Source: Prorocentrum cordatum (Eukaryota). Taken from it: a stretch of DNA of 64,000 bases. Shown here one piece after another: positions 11,201-23,619 of the stretch (its first letter is position 1; each line of letters opens with the position of its first letter). Both the position numbers and the translations under genes were made by a program. The notes beneath the pieces were generated by a model. It did no database searches and was not told the DNA's origin. It saw only the letters and a program-made list of their open reading frames with translations. The stretch covers positions 992,001 to 1,056,000 of the forward strand of contig CAUYUJ010000001.1 of NCBI GenBank assembly GCA_963575745.1, in the 5' to 3' direction.

Positions 11201-14200
11201 CATGTTTGTAATGATGTATGTCAGTCTGTATGGATGTCTATGCCGTCTATGTATGTATGTATGCATGCATGCATGTATGGATGTGTGTATGCATGTGTGG
11301 TTGTATGAGTGTATGTGTGCATGTATGTATGTGGATGTGTGGGTGTGTATATGTATATATGCATGTATGTATGTATGTATGTGTGCGCATGCACGCATGC
11401 ATGCATGTATGTATGCATGCACGTGTATGTATGTATGTATGTATGTATGTATACATATGTATGTGTGTATGTATGTATGTATGTATGTATGTATGTATGT
11501 ATGTATGTATGTGTATGTATGTATGTATGTATGTATGTATGTATGTGTAGGTATGTGTATATGTGTGTATATGCGTGTATGTTTGGATGCATGTATGTAT
11601 GTATGCATGTGTGTCTGCATGTATGCGTGCACACAACTTATATTCATCCGCATGCATAGGTACATGTGTGTATACATATGTGTACGTTGATGCATACATA
11701 CGAATGTTCGCCCGTCATGATCTCCTCAGACCCAGGCGGCGGAGGAGAACTACGGGGTGGCGGCCGCCGCGGTCGGCGTGCCCGTAAGCTGCGGCACGCC
11801 GATGCCGGAGAGCCCCGCGGGCGCCAGCCAGGCCGTGCGCGGGGGGGGGGGAGGTCGGGCGAGGCTGCACTGCCCTGGAAGAGTAGTGCAACGTGAATCG
11901 TCGAGTTGTGTTGGCGCTCGCCGCCTCCGGCTTTTTTTTGTATTGTGTGGCCTCCGGGGGCCGTTTTCGGGCCCTGGGACCGGAAGAAACGGACCCCGGA
12001 TGCAAAACCATCACCAGGGAAGTCTTGCGGACGATTATTGGACACGACCTGCAAAAGGTGCATTTTTTCCAGGGGGGTATAGGACAGGGATGAATCGTTC
12101 CAAAGCGTTCCAGGACGCTCTCAGATGGTTCCAGAACGTTCAGAAATGGTCGCGGCGCCCGCTGCATGGTCCCGCCCGATCCTGGAGATGTCCGATGTAT
12201 CCCAGTCCGAGTTTGTATTTGTCCTGTCTTAAGAGAAGGGGGACGAGGAAAAGGAGGAGGAGGAGAAAGAGCAGATTGAGCTCAGGCCGCCTGGACCCGT
12301 CCAGTCCGCCCTCCACGGGTCCAAGACGGCCCCCAGATGGTTCGACAGCCCCACAATGGTAAAAGAACGCTCCAACACAGTCCGAGGTGGTTTCCAGACT
12401 GCCCACGAGATCTACACGACGGCCCAAGAGGGCCAAAGAGCTTCCCCAAAGGAGCCTCAAACGGCCAAAGCTCTGCAGTTTCTTTTATGACGTTTCGCAC
12501 TATCGCTTCTTCGGTCTTCCCACTGCCAACAGCGGGCCCAGGTGCCTCTCGTCACCCTAAGACGTCCCAAGTGGCCGCCACTGGGGCTACGCCCAAGAAA
12601 GCTTCAGCACGGCCCGAAAGAGCCCCTAGATGGCCCAAGAGAGTCCCACAGGGTGTCCAAGCTGGCCTCCAGACGGCCCCCGAGCGCCCCATGAGGGCTC
12701 AACGATCTCCAAGACAGGCCAGAAGGACCATGATGGACTCGAGCCTTAGGCTGCCAAGACGGTCCAAGAATTTCCCAAGCGAGCCTCTAGGGGCCGCATG
12801 TATGAATGTTCCTGATGTTTCTCATTGCGTGGCATTGCTTGACATTGCTTGGCATTGCTTGGCATTGCTTTGCATGGGTTGGAGTTGCTTGGCATTGTTT
12901 CGCATTGCTTGGGACAACAGGGGTTGTGAACCCGAGGAACCCCGGGAATCCAATGAACTTGGGGAACCCCAGGAACACGGGGAACCCGAGGAATCTCCAG
13001 GAAACGGGCAGCGTAACAATAGGAGGCACCGGGGGCGGGGAACCCGAGGAGCCCGGGGAACCCGAGGAACCTGCGGCAAACGGGCAAAGTAACATTAGGA
13101 GGCCCAACATGTAATTAAGTAAGAATGCCTCAGGCAAGCCTACATGCGGAATATGAAGCACCGGGGGCGGGGAACCCGAGGAACACGGGGAAGGAACCTC
13201 CTGGAAACGGGCAACGTAACAATAGGCAACGGGGACGGAGAACCCGAGGAATTGGAGGAACCTCCGAGCAACGGGCAAAGTAACAATAGGAGACGCCATC
13301 CTTTCATTCAGCAAGAACCCTTTAGGCAAGCCAATTGGGGAACAAAGGTTCCCCATTGATTCCATTTCAAACAATGTACAGAAATATGCTCCCGGGCTTG
13401 ATTCTGGCTGTGCAGGCACAGGGAAAATCAAGGTGAGGAGCAAACTGTCTTATAAGTTTACCAAAAAACGATGAGCACCTTGTGCTTTGCTTGTATGCGG
13501 AAACCTTTGATTCTGAAACTTGGGAATTGGTGTCCTTGTGCCTGCACAGTCAAGACTAATGGGGGAGACAAAATGATATAACAAATTAGCCTGGTGAAGG
13601 ACCCAACCATATGCAGTTGTGAACACCGTAGTTGTACGCACCGCATTCGGAGGAGCTCCCTATGGGGTTACCAAACGTGTGAGGAGTGTGCCAAAATGGG
13701 TGCGGTGGCCGCATGCGAACGCTGGCATTTGGGCCTTCGGGTGGGCTCCCTGTGGGGCCACGAAACGTGTGAGGGGTGTGCCGGAATGGGTAAAGTGGCC
13801 GCATGCGAACGCTGGCATTTGGGCCTTCGGTAAGGCTCCCTACGGAGCCGCAGAACGTGTGAGGAGTGTGCCAACATGGGCGCGGTGGCCGCATTCGAAC
13901 ACTGGCATCTGGGCCGTCGGTGGGGCTCGTTATGGAGCCACGAAACGCGTGAGGAGTGTGAACGCTGGCATTTGGGCCTTCGGTGGGGCTCCCGATGGAA
14001 CCACGAAACGTGTGAGGAGTGTGCCAAAGTGGATGCGGTGGCCGCATGCGAACGCTGGCATTGGGGCCTTCGGTGGGGCTCCCTATGGGGCCACGGAACG
14101 TGTGAGGGGTGTGCAGAAATGTGTGCGGTGGCCGCGTGCGAACGCTGACACTTGGGCCTCTGGTGAAGCTCCCTGTGGGGCCACGGAACGTGTGAGGGGT

Positions 14201-14454
14201 GTGCCAAAATGGTTGGCTGGTTCGGAGGGCAGAGGCAGGGATCGGAGGAGGAAGGGGAGCGAGGAGGAGAGGAGACGCGGGGTGTTGTCTCTTCAAGACG
14301 AGGGCGCAGCACCACAGGATGGCTGGAAACAACCCCGAGGCTTCGAGGGTTTAGCTGCGGAGCCTCCACGAATCGATTTGAAAATCTGCCGCACCTTGAT
14401 TTCTCTTGTGTGGCGCCCTAAAGAACGAAACCCCGAGGTTTCGAAAAAAAACAC

Positions 14455-14487
<33 letters not shown>

Positions 14488-17400
14488 TGTTGTTGCTGTT
14501 GCTGTTGTTGTTGTTGTTGCTGTTGTTGTTGTTGTTTTGCTTTGTGTTTCTGATGGTTCCCTCATTGATTTTGACTGTACAGGCACAAGGGAAACCAGTT
14601 CCCATCCTCGAACGACGTCTTACGTTTCCATAAACCAACACAGATGTTCCATTGTTGTTTTTCAAAACAATGAGACAACATGTTCCAGGGCTTGGCTTTG
14701 GCTGTTCAGGCACAGGGAAACCAAGGTCGGGAGCAGATTGTTTCATAAGCTTCATTGAAGAATTAATGAACACCTGACGCTTTTATACGAAAGCCTTTGT
14801 TCTGAAAGATGGGGACTCGTTTCCCTCATGCCTGCACAATCAAAACCCAGATGGGAGACAAAAAACAACAAAATCAACTTGGTTCCGAGGCCTCGGGGTT
14901 CATGTGCGACTGCCAATATAATTGGCGCATGCTTCGCGATAGTAAACGTCCACCCACCGTTGCTGGAGGCCTTTTGGAGAGGGAACGTAATTGTATATGT
15001 GTTGCGCGAGTTCCGGAAAGGCCCGGACGAGAAACTGATTTTTCCAGGTTGCTCGTCGAGGTTTCCAATTTGTTTGTCAAGGATTATCGTGTCGGCGCGT
15101 GTCCATGTCAACATAACGTGCGCATCTTTCGCGAGAGCAAACGCTTACCGCTGCCCTCGAGGGCTTCTCGAGGGCCAAAAAACGGAATTGCGTTCACGCT
15201 TTACCAATTCAGAGCAGGTCGGGGCACGCAACAACGAGCTCCGGCGCTTGGCGCAGATCATGCCTCCTGCAATCGTGCATGTCAATCGCCCTCTCCGTGC
15301 CGTATGTTTCGGCAATTTCGTTGTTTTGTAAGTGTTCGCAGTGTCCAGTGTGCGGGTTCCTTTCGAGCGCCTTCAAGAGGGAATCCCTTGGTCGCTTGGC
15401 ACAGATCATCGTACTCGCACTTAGAAATTTAAGTAGCACGCTCAGCACTTTTCGGAGGCATAGTTTTTGTTACTGAAATGTGGTGGGCGCGATTTGCGGA
15501 TGCCTTTCGGGTGCCTGCTCGGGTGCCTTCACAATGGGGTCCTTGGAGACAAAGTGGTTCCCCAGGTGCCTTACGGGGAGCTTGTCGCGTGCCTTGCGGG
15601 AGTTTTCCGTAGTGCCTCGCGGGTGTTTTTCTGGTGTGTTTTTTGGAGTTTTTCGGGTGCCCTCGGGGTGTTCATCGAGGGCAGCCAGTAAGCACCCCGA
15701 GGGCACCCGAAAAGGCATCCGCGAGGCACCTGCAAAGAAATCCCCAAGGCACTCGGGGGACGCTCAACGCACGATAACTCCTTGGTGTCTCCCCTGGTGT
15801 TTCCTTTGTGTCTCCCCTTTGTTTGTTGAGGCCCTCGACGGCCTCCAGTAAGCACCCCAAGAGAACCCGAAAGGCCTCCATGATTGTTTGTTGGTGTACA
15901 GTTCCTTTTGCAATGAGATGCCATTCAAGGCCAATGCCCGCATGTGCCGATTCGGGAACACCTTTTGGCGAACATAGCGTTTTCAATATTACTCTCTGGC
16001 GGCCCCCCTCGCCTGACTGTGCTGCTGGTGCTGTTGCTGCTGCTGCTCGTGTTGCTCGTGCTCCTGATGTTGCTCGTGCCTCTGATGGGCGCCTCGCGAG
16101 AGCACGTTGGCTCTCGGTCAGCAGCTCGTTCTTCGGAAAAGCAATTCGATGATCGAGTCCGCTCTGCACAGCGGTGCTACGGGCAGATCGGTCAAGGTAT
16201 GTTTCTGAAGACGGTCGATATGTTTTAGTGTGGCTAGTCGAAATAATTGAGCCTGTACTCTCACGCGCACAAGCCTCTTACATATTAGAACGGTGCTGCA
16301 CCTTACTTCTCGACAAAAAAGAGACATGTATCGATCACAGTGGTGGGGCTTTGCATATATAAATGCATTGAGAGAGGAGGGGGGGAAGAGAGAGAGAGAG
16401 AGAACGACACACATACACATTATCCCTCTCGTCTCTTTCTCTCTGTGTCTGCCTGTGTCTCTCCCTCTCTCTCTCCCTCTCTCTCTCTCTCTATGTTTAT
16501 CTTTCTTTCTCTTCTAGATGTATGCTTAAAGTTTTGTATCTCTCGATGGTTCAGCATCACGATACTCTGTTTACTGTGTCGCCCTGTCGGCTCGATCTTC
16601 CTGTCCTCTAAAGGGCGATATCTATTCTGTCTGTTCAATTTTGCCCTTGAGAAATGCACCGTCCACTCTATATGATCGACTCCCTTTCCGTGGTCGCAAG
16701 AAACGAAGTATAGCCCAGAACTACAGAAAGTGGGTTGGGAAAGCTAGGGCCGGGAATCTGGGCAACAGGGAGCTTGGCCGCCCACCGAAATCGGCCCAGA
16801 ACCATGAAACAGGAACCCGAGAAGCCACCCGTCAACCGAAATCGGTCAGATGTTACATGTAGCCTTTGAACATCAGTTCGGATTCTCTGTCGAAGCATCG
16901 ATCGGGACAGATGTCGATCTCGGTATTTTGTAGGACGTATATGTTTCGATGGACTCACACACATGTCTCTTTTAGATGTGCGCTGCAGATTAGCATACTC
17001 TGGAAATGCAATACAGCGAGAACGGTGCCTGGTTTACATATATACATATGTAGACAAGCACACAAATATACATTGTAAATATATACATATGTATGTATAG
17101 CTAGCGATGGAGGGTTATAGAAGTGTACACACACAGACAGGCTCATAGTGCCAATTTGATGTCCTGAAATGTGCCACTCGTGACTTGAATTGCGCGTCCA
17201 AAGGCAATCACAGATTACGCTACTCCCCGTCTTGCTTATCACCCGAAGCGTGATCCTATGATTTACGCAGTGAAAATGAAATCGATGGATCAAGGTTGAG
17301 ACTGGTAGATCTTGAAATCGGCCGGTATATCGATAGTGAGATCGGTAGATGTTTAGCGAATTTGGTTGGACATGTGACAGGTGTTCCGTGATTGTTTCTT

Positions 17401-18307
17401 TTGGATGGCACGAGGTTGTTCCGCAGATGTTCTGCGGTTGACCCGTTGGTGTCCCGGGGTTGTCCCGTGGTTGTTCCGTAGTTGTATCGTGGTTCTCCGT
17501 GGTCGTCTGGGTAGTCATCCCGTTGTTATCCCGTGGTTGTCCCGTGGTTGTTTTGTGTTTGTCCCGGGGTTATCTTGGGTTTGTCTTGTGGATGTACCGT
17601 GGTTATCCCGTGGTTGTCTTGTGGTTGCTTGTCGGTTTCCCAGGGATTTTTTCTGTAGATCGATAGAGTGCAAGCACGACCAATACATGCTGATTGTGAT
17701 TTTTGTACAATATGTGATTTAGTGATGTTGTTAGATAGTGATACTCGTTGGCACTGTCGGTAGCAAGGTCGATGTATACCTCGTGAGACAGATCGACGGG
17801 GATATTGATACTTGTGTTTCGAGTTTTTGAGGTTGGTAGATCGCGAATTCGATCCGACGCCACTGTCAAACCGAAAGCTGCACCCAACGCCCCAAAACCT
17901 CCTAATCACTCGACGGGTGGTCTTATGGGTAGGTACGCGCCTGTCTGGATAGTCACCCCTCCAGTGGAGCGCCTGGATCCCGCAATGGTTTTCGAGGGCG
18001 TATCGGGTATCAGGATCCAGCCCAGCGCATGCCTTCCCATCTCGAATGCCTCTTGGGCTCTTGGGGCCTTGTTTGGACCTGTTTGGGGCTCTCGTGCATT
18101 AGGCGTCTGGTGACACACCAGCTGGACCTGAGGCCGTGAAGTGCGCCAAGATGCAACATGTACGGGGGGCGTGTGGAAGGCTGGGATGTTCTGCTCAGGA
18201 GAGCCGACGGATATTTGAACACGCCCGTGCGCGCCATTGGGGCACAGTGGCGGGCCTCTGGCAGATGAGCCGAAAGAGGGGACCTCTCCACTTGCGCCCA
18301 CGCGCAT
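8285..18307 (-). CDS. Predicted 6-exon hypothetical protein, about 280 aa (exons 18307-18128, 18032-17941, 17255-17164, 16252-15922, 12223-12182, 8390-8285)
   Basis: Non-repetitive islands with AG|G acceptors and GT/GC/GA donors. Phases chain 0,2,1,2,2 without a stop: ...RTSRPQ/ACAGLDPDTRYALENHCGIQALHWRGDYPD/RITLRVISKTGSSVICDCLWTRNSSHEWHIS/GSIISTSH...GIGLE/WTNTNSDWDTSDIS/RTQPDVS...KPYC*. The start codon and last two exons are least certain. No domain recognised. Confidence 0.5.
8401..8706 (-). repeat. (gcaatgccaa)n-containing repeat, inverted partner of 10372-10770; third copy at 12820-13350
   Basis: atgcaataggaagctttcccctgattggg...gcgccgggttcattt versus aaatgaacccggcgc...cccaatcagtagaaagctttctattgcat. 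Confidence 0.9.
8710..10221 (-). mobile_element. Decayed non-LTR retrotransposon 5' part (ORF1-like) headed by SL relics
   Basis: ATG at 10100 gives MPGDRGGRGG...WGCPCGHVGNRVCGFHCQRCG (RanBP2-like Cys4 finger). Frameshifted coiled-coil follows (EALMKVRQTLAHFEAEAEKAQEALREA). SL relic at 10200-10221. LINE identity is inferred from this architecture. Confidence 0.6.
10182..10221 (-). other. Dinoflagellate spliced-leader relic plus degenerate second relic
   Basis: Minus strand CTCGTAGCCGTTCTGGCTCAAG (18/22 to DinoSL), then CCGTAAACACCGCTCAAG. Confidence 0.8.
10876..11700. repeat. (TATG)n microsatellite
   Basis: Directly visible. Confidence 0.95.
13640..14215 (+). repeat. Tandem array of about 90-bp units (about 6 copies, one internally deleted)
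   Basis: ccacgaaacgtgtgaggagtgtgccaaaatgggtgcggtggccgcatgcgaacgctggcatttgggccttcggtggggctccc repeated. Confidence 0.9.
16685..16850 (+). repeat. Interspersed repeat, second copy at 30770-30960
   Basis: ccgtggtcgcaag...ttggccgcccaccgaaatcggccc in both. Confidence 0.8.
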
Positions 18308-18336
18308 GATGCAAGCACGCCTGCGGACCCGAAACG

Positions 18337-18358
18337 TCCGTAGCCGTGTTGGCTCAGG
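18337..18358 (+). other. Dinoflagellate spliced-leader relic
   Basis: TCCGTAGCCGTGTTGGCTCAGG, 19/22 identical to DinoSL, about 120 nt upstream of ATG 18476. Confidence 0.85.
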
Positions 18359-18475
18359 GCTCTGGCCTGGCCTCCCCGTGCGCTGCCTCAGGCAGACCTC
18401 GGCCTCCCCGCAGCTTCTGGGAAGCCTCACCGCCGTGGGCACGCCACCAAGTTCTCGCTTGAACGATGGTCACTC

Positions 18476-18708
18476 ATGCCCCTGCTGGGGGCGCTGCAGA
18501 GGCCGATCTGCTGCCTGTCGGCGCTCTGCATGCTCTGCATGGCACTGAGTCTGCTGCCCGCGTGGCGCCTGGAGCTCGAGAGGGAAAACAAGTATATCAA
18601 CGACACGCCGCAGTTCAGAGCCAACCAGCGTGTCACTCCTTCGTTTCTGCCCCTGCCTGACCGCCTGGCGCTTCTTCAGCAGCAACTCGCTAGTGAGATT
18701 CCACGGCG
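18476..18708 (+). CDS. Exon 1 of glycosyltransferase-like gene (signal anchor and stem)
   Basis: MPLLGALQRPICCLSALCMLCMALSLLPAW...QQLASEIPR. A phase-2 GT donor at 18709 joins in frame to the CATAG| acceptor at 21298. An alternative GC donor at 18628 is also in frame. Confidence 0.65.
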
Positions 18709-20912
18709 GTGTGTCTAATTGGTACAGGTTTCGCTATGAGGAAGCTCCTACAGGCCTCACGCGGCGCGCAATGGTTGTATTATCCAGTCCGATCTGGGAC
18801 GACGTTCGCGTGGCGATCTTCCGACAGAAGTCCGACGCAGACCCGACGTCAATCCGACGTCAGTCCGACGTGGATCCAACGTACACTGGGTCTCAAGTCG
18901 CGCAAGGCCTCCCAGGATATCGTCCCCATTACCTTTTGCCACCCCAGGAGTTCCTGCGGGCGCCCTTCGTTGAGCTGCAGGGTGCGGGGACGCAGGCCGC
19001 ACCCGGGGCGCACGTCGCACGCACGCCCACGCCCGCGGCCGTGACGCCAGAGGGCACGGCGCTGCTGGGCGGTCCGTGGAACCGCTCCGGGGGTCTCCGG
19101 GTAGTCTCCTCCCCCTCCTCGTCCCTGTCCTCGGCGGCGCGCCAAAGGGGGGGTCGGGGTGAGGGCAAGCGTCCGGGGCAACGTCCGGTTTTCGGATATG
19201 TTCCTCGGTTCCCCGCGCTTGTTTGGCCTCCGGATGCTCTCCAGCAGCCGCGCCTCGCCGAGAGCGTCGACAGGGTAATCGGATCTTCCCGAACACGGCC
19301 GCCGAAGAGGCGAGTTATGGCCCGATAACCAAGGGGCAACGTCAGGGGGGATAGGCTCAGGGGGGGATGCGTCGACGTCGCCGACGAGGGCATAGCCCTG
19401 CCCCGCATAGGAGCGTGCGGATTCGCTGTCGGGGGCCCTGTCGTCGATCTATCGGCGATGTATCGCCGATTCCAGCTCGATGTTTCCCCCCTGAGCCAGC
19501 CCCCCGCCCTACCGTTCCCCTTCACATCTGGCCATGATCTTGGCAAGGAGCCTGCAGTGTGATAGTCCTTGGTGAACTCGGCTTGCTGTTCTTCAGGTGG
19601 CGGCCCCCGTGGAAGCCCCACACGTTGACGTCACCAACAGCATCGGGTGGCACCTCCATCCAGCATCGATCCGTCGTCGATGCATCGCCGATTCCAGCTC
19701 GCTGCCCCTGAGGGGGTGGGGGGTGAGGGCAGGCGGCCTCCGAGGGAAGGCGGGGTGCCCCCTCGCGGGAGGGCTCGGGGACCCCTTTGGGCCCGAGGGC
19801 CAGCGGCCGCGGAAGAGGGCGCGGTGCCCGTGAGAGGGGGCCCTCCACGCTTCCTCCTGCGAGCGGAGCTGGGCCGAGGCGCCCCCAGAGGAGTGACGCG
19901 TCCATGTCTGTACTGTCCCACCCCTGCCCCCCTGTCCGCTGCACGACTTCCTCCACAGACGGGCACGTTCCAAGCCGCACGGAACGAGCGAGGCTTCTGA
20001 GAAGCGCTCGCCCTCCCAGGGAGCCCCCTTGTCGGGGGTGTCTGTGTTCGGCGGCGAGCGAGGGGGGAGGGATGAGAATGACAATGAGAAGGCCTGCTCG
20101 GAAGGCGGTGGGGCTTTTGAGAAGCCCTCGCGCTTTCTGAGAGGTTTCCTGTGTCTTCGGGGAGGGCTACGGAACCTTGCCAGAGGGTCAGGGGACCTGC
20201 GAGCCTTCTCACTTCCCCCCTGGGCTCGCCGCCGATGTTTGTCCAGGGGGAGCAAGATTCGTCCGCCTGGGCCGGCGCCGGCAGCGAGCAGCACCAGCTT
20301 CGCCGCTGCTCTCCAGCCCCCTCCCTCCCAAAAAACAAGAGGAGCGGCCTTCCGAGAAGGCACCCCCGCTGATGGACTGCGTGCTCTGAGCGTGCTCTCT
20401 CTCCTTCCCCGCGCCCCCCCCCCCCTCTGTTTCCCACCGTGCCCAAGTCGGCCGCGCGCAGCCCACGTCTGCCCCGGAACGCAGCTTGGATGTTTGCCGA
20501 CGCGACGAAGAGTCAAGGGAGGAACAAAGCAAGAACAAACAAATCCCCCCACGATCAACGTCTACTTATCAGCACTGGGCGTTCACGAAACAGCCCTGCC
20601 CTCGTCGTCTCAAAAGTGTCCTACCTGGGCCGCCCCCCTGCCCACCTGGGGCAAAGCTCAGCTGGAAGAACCTCGGCCAGAGCTCGGCCAGCCGAGTTCG
20701 GCCAGGCAGAACTCGGCCAGGCAGAACCCGGCCAGGCCGAACTCGGCACGCGAAGGCTCTACTCGGCTGGCTGAACCTCGGCCAGCGCGAAACTCACGGT
20801 GGAAGCTCGGCGGGATAAGATTTCAGCCAGAAAGATTCGGCTTGGGACAACTCGGCAAGGTTGAATCAGGCCAACGGGGGTAGAGGGGGAGGATTCTTTT
20901 AAGCACCCCTGT

Positions 20913-20966
20913 TTCTTAGAAGGCGCGGGCCTTATCTATAGACACAAGGCCGGCGCCGTCTAAGAA
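20913..20966. repeat. Near-perfect palindrome at the centre of a nested inverted repeat (about 20660-21250)
   Basis: ttcttaga-a-ggcgc-g-ggcctt...aaggcc-g-gcgcc-g-tctaagaa, flanked by gaactcggc/gccgagttc arms. Confidence 0.8.
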
Positions 20967-21298
20967 GCAGCCTCCTTCTAAGCAGCCTTCCCTCCTCCCC
21001 CTGCCCCCCTCTGCGCGCCGCCAAGTCCGGCCCGGCGAACTCGGACGTCGCGCTCCGGCTGCAGCGGGAACCAGCGCTGACTTCGGTCAGACAAGTTCAG
21101 CCAGGTTGTCTGGGCCGCTGAACTCGGCCTGAAAAAGATCGGTCAGCTGGGTTCGGCCAGCTCTGAAATCAGGCAGGCGAATTTCAGACTGGGCCGATTT
21201 CAGCCTGACCGAGTCCAAGTGGCCGAGTTCAGCCTGGCCGAGCCTGTCCCCTGTCCCACCTTTGCGCACCGCCAATCGTCTCCCCACTCCAATCATAG

Positions 21299-22085
21299 CG
21301 AGAAGCGCCTCCTGATTGTCGTTCGCACTCACACCCCGATGCCGGGGATGCTCCTGCGCATGCACCGATTTGCGAGCGAGGTGTCCAGCGGCATGCCTTT
21401 CGCCCATTTCCTTGTATCGGCGGACGACACCGGGCTGGCGCCAGAGCACCAAGCTCAGTTGGATTTGCCGCCATCCAGTGTGCATCGCTACGTGTGGGAC
21501 GACGTGAAAGAGCAGTATCGAGTGTTGAGAGTTCTGCCTGGGAAGTTCAATCAAAAGGTCAGCGCGCGATATTTCCACATGGAGCCAATATTATTGGCAG
21601 TTGCTTTCGCCGAGAAGCACACAGACCTTGCTAACGATGCACTCGTCTGGGTCTTCGAGGACGACGTCTTCATCTGCGGCACCCTGTCGGGATTCGTCAG
21701 CCAGTATGCCGAAGACGCATCTGACTTCCTGGGATACGGGCGATACAAAGGAAGCTGGGTGTTTTGGTATTGGGGCTCTGGACCCTTCTTGAGGCGGTAC
21801 GCGAAGGTGAACCGCACCGTCGAGTTGGAGCACGTGCAGAGGTTCTCCATGCGTTTCGTGCGGCACATGGCCAGCCTGTGCAGGGAGCAGAACTTCACCG
21901 CGGAGAGCGAGATGTTTGCCCCGACGGTGTGCCAGAGCGAGGGATTCCGCTGCAGCTCCTTTGACCGGCGGCACCTCGGAGTGTACATGTGGAACACACG
22001 CTTGAACCAGACGGCCGCGGGCGCGTCGTGCGCCCGCACGAACTCGAGCGGGCTGTCCACCATCAACCACGCGGGGAAGTTCTGA
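21299..22085 (+). CDS. Exon 2, catalytic domain of a putative GT-A-fold glycosyltransferase-like protein (DUF3405-like); full protein about 339 aa
   Basis: Intact, complex, GC3-rich frame: RLLIVVRTH, VWVFEDDVFICG (DxD-like), AESEMFAPTVC, terminal NHAGKF*. Family assignment is from motif resemblance only. Confidence 0.8.
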
Positions 22086-22496
22086 CAATCATCCGACGTT
22101 GGTGAAACTTTAGCTTGGTGGCTGAGGCGCCCATGTGGGAAAATAGAAACAGTGCGAGACCGATGTAGGCATACCGCCAGCAGACGGTGCGTGCAGAACA
22201 GGACGTGCCAGCAGAGACAGAAGCAGATCAGCCCATCAGGGTATAGAGTAACGCTGCCGTCTGCCGTTGAGGAGAGGAGGCATTTCCTGCCTCCTCCTTT
22301 TTCTCCTCCTTCTCACCTGCTGGCCTGCTGGGCCACCAGGGGCCCCCCTCGTCGGGATGATCTGGGCGCCGAGGCGCAGACAAGAGCGAGCCGGGAGACT
22401 ACTCGCAGGAGAGGGATCCGGGGGCCGGTTCTGAGCGGATGCGTGGTGGTCGGGGCTTTTATGGAGGGTTTCTCCGCAGGTCTTGGGCAATCCGTT

Positions 22497-22990
22497 CTCC
22501 TCCTCTCTCCTCCTCCTCCTCCTCCGCCTCCTCCTCCTCCTCCTCCTCCTCCTCCTCCTCCTCCTCCTCCTCCTCCTCCTCCTCCTCCTCCTCCTCCTCC
22601 TCCTCCTCCTCCTCCTCCTCCTCCCTCTCCTCCTCCTCCTCCTCCTCCTCCTCCTCCTCCTCCCCTCCTCCTCCCCTCCTCCTCCTCCTCCTCCTCCTCC
22701 TCCTCCTCCTCCTCCTCCTCCTCCTCCTCCTCCTCCTCCTCCTCCTCCTCCTCCTCATCCCTCCCTCCCTCTCCTCTCTCCTCCTCCTCCTCCTCCTCCT
22801 CCTCCTCCTCCTCCTCCTCCCTCTCCTCCTCTCCTCCTCCCCTCCCTCCCCTCCCTATCCTCCCTCCTCCTCCCTCTCCTCCTCCTCCTCCTCCTCCTCC
22901 TCCTCCTCCTCCTCCTCCTCCTCCCTCTCCTCCTCCTCCTCCTCCTCCTCCTCCTCCTCCTCCTCCTCCTCCTCCTCCTCCTCCTCCTCG
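22497..22990. repeat. (CCT)n microsatellite
   Basis: Directly visible. Flanked by direct copies of ccggttctgagcggatgcgtggtgg (about 22425 and 23191). Confidence 0.95.
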
Positions 22991-23619
22991 CCCTCCCCTC
23001 ATCGAGTCGCCTACAGCCCCTGGGGAAACCGTCCAGGCTCTTAAGGGGAAAGCAAGCGGGGGTCAGCCAGAGCGCTGGATCTTGCAGGATCCTGCGGAAC
23101 CAGGGTCGCATCGACCTGCGCTTGGGCGCATGATCCTGCAAAGCTTGGCTATGGCCCAGGTCTGGATGGACCCAGGTCAGTGGATCCCCGACCGGTTCTG
23201 AGCGGATGCGTGGTGGAGGCGTGAGCCCAGTGCCGAGGCATGGCCAGGACAAGTTCCTCCCTCTCGCCCACTGCCCCCCAACAAGGAGGGAGGGAAAGAG
23301 AGAGAGAGAGGGAGGACGAGGACGAGGACCAGGAAGGAAAGAGAAGAGGCAGCAGATTTAGGGTACCAGTTCTTACACGGGGGTTGTTGGTGGATTGTTT
23401 GCGGAAGAGTGTTAGAAGGAGTCGTTTTAAAGAAGAGGGGTGATTGAGAGGATGATGGGGAGGAGGAGGGGGTGCTTGGGAAGAGCGGGAAGATAAGGAT
23501 GGATGATCAGAAGGAGGAGGAGGAGGTAAAGAAATAAGGAGGAGCGGGAGGCGTTGAAGGAACGGAGCAGCGGAGGATGGAGGTAGGAGGTGGAAGAGGA
23601 AGGACGAGCAAGCGGAGGA

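Noticed and set aside
13619..14758. 379-aa repeat ORF or CRISPR-like array
   Set aside because: Tandem units without unique spacers, no cas genes, eukaryotic context; open in several frames.
18265..18279. Minus-strand cctctttcggctcat as an SL relic
   Set aside because: Too degenerate, and it falls within the preferred coding frame.
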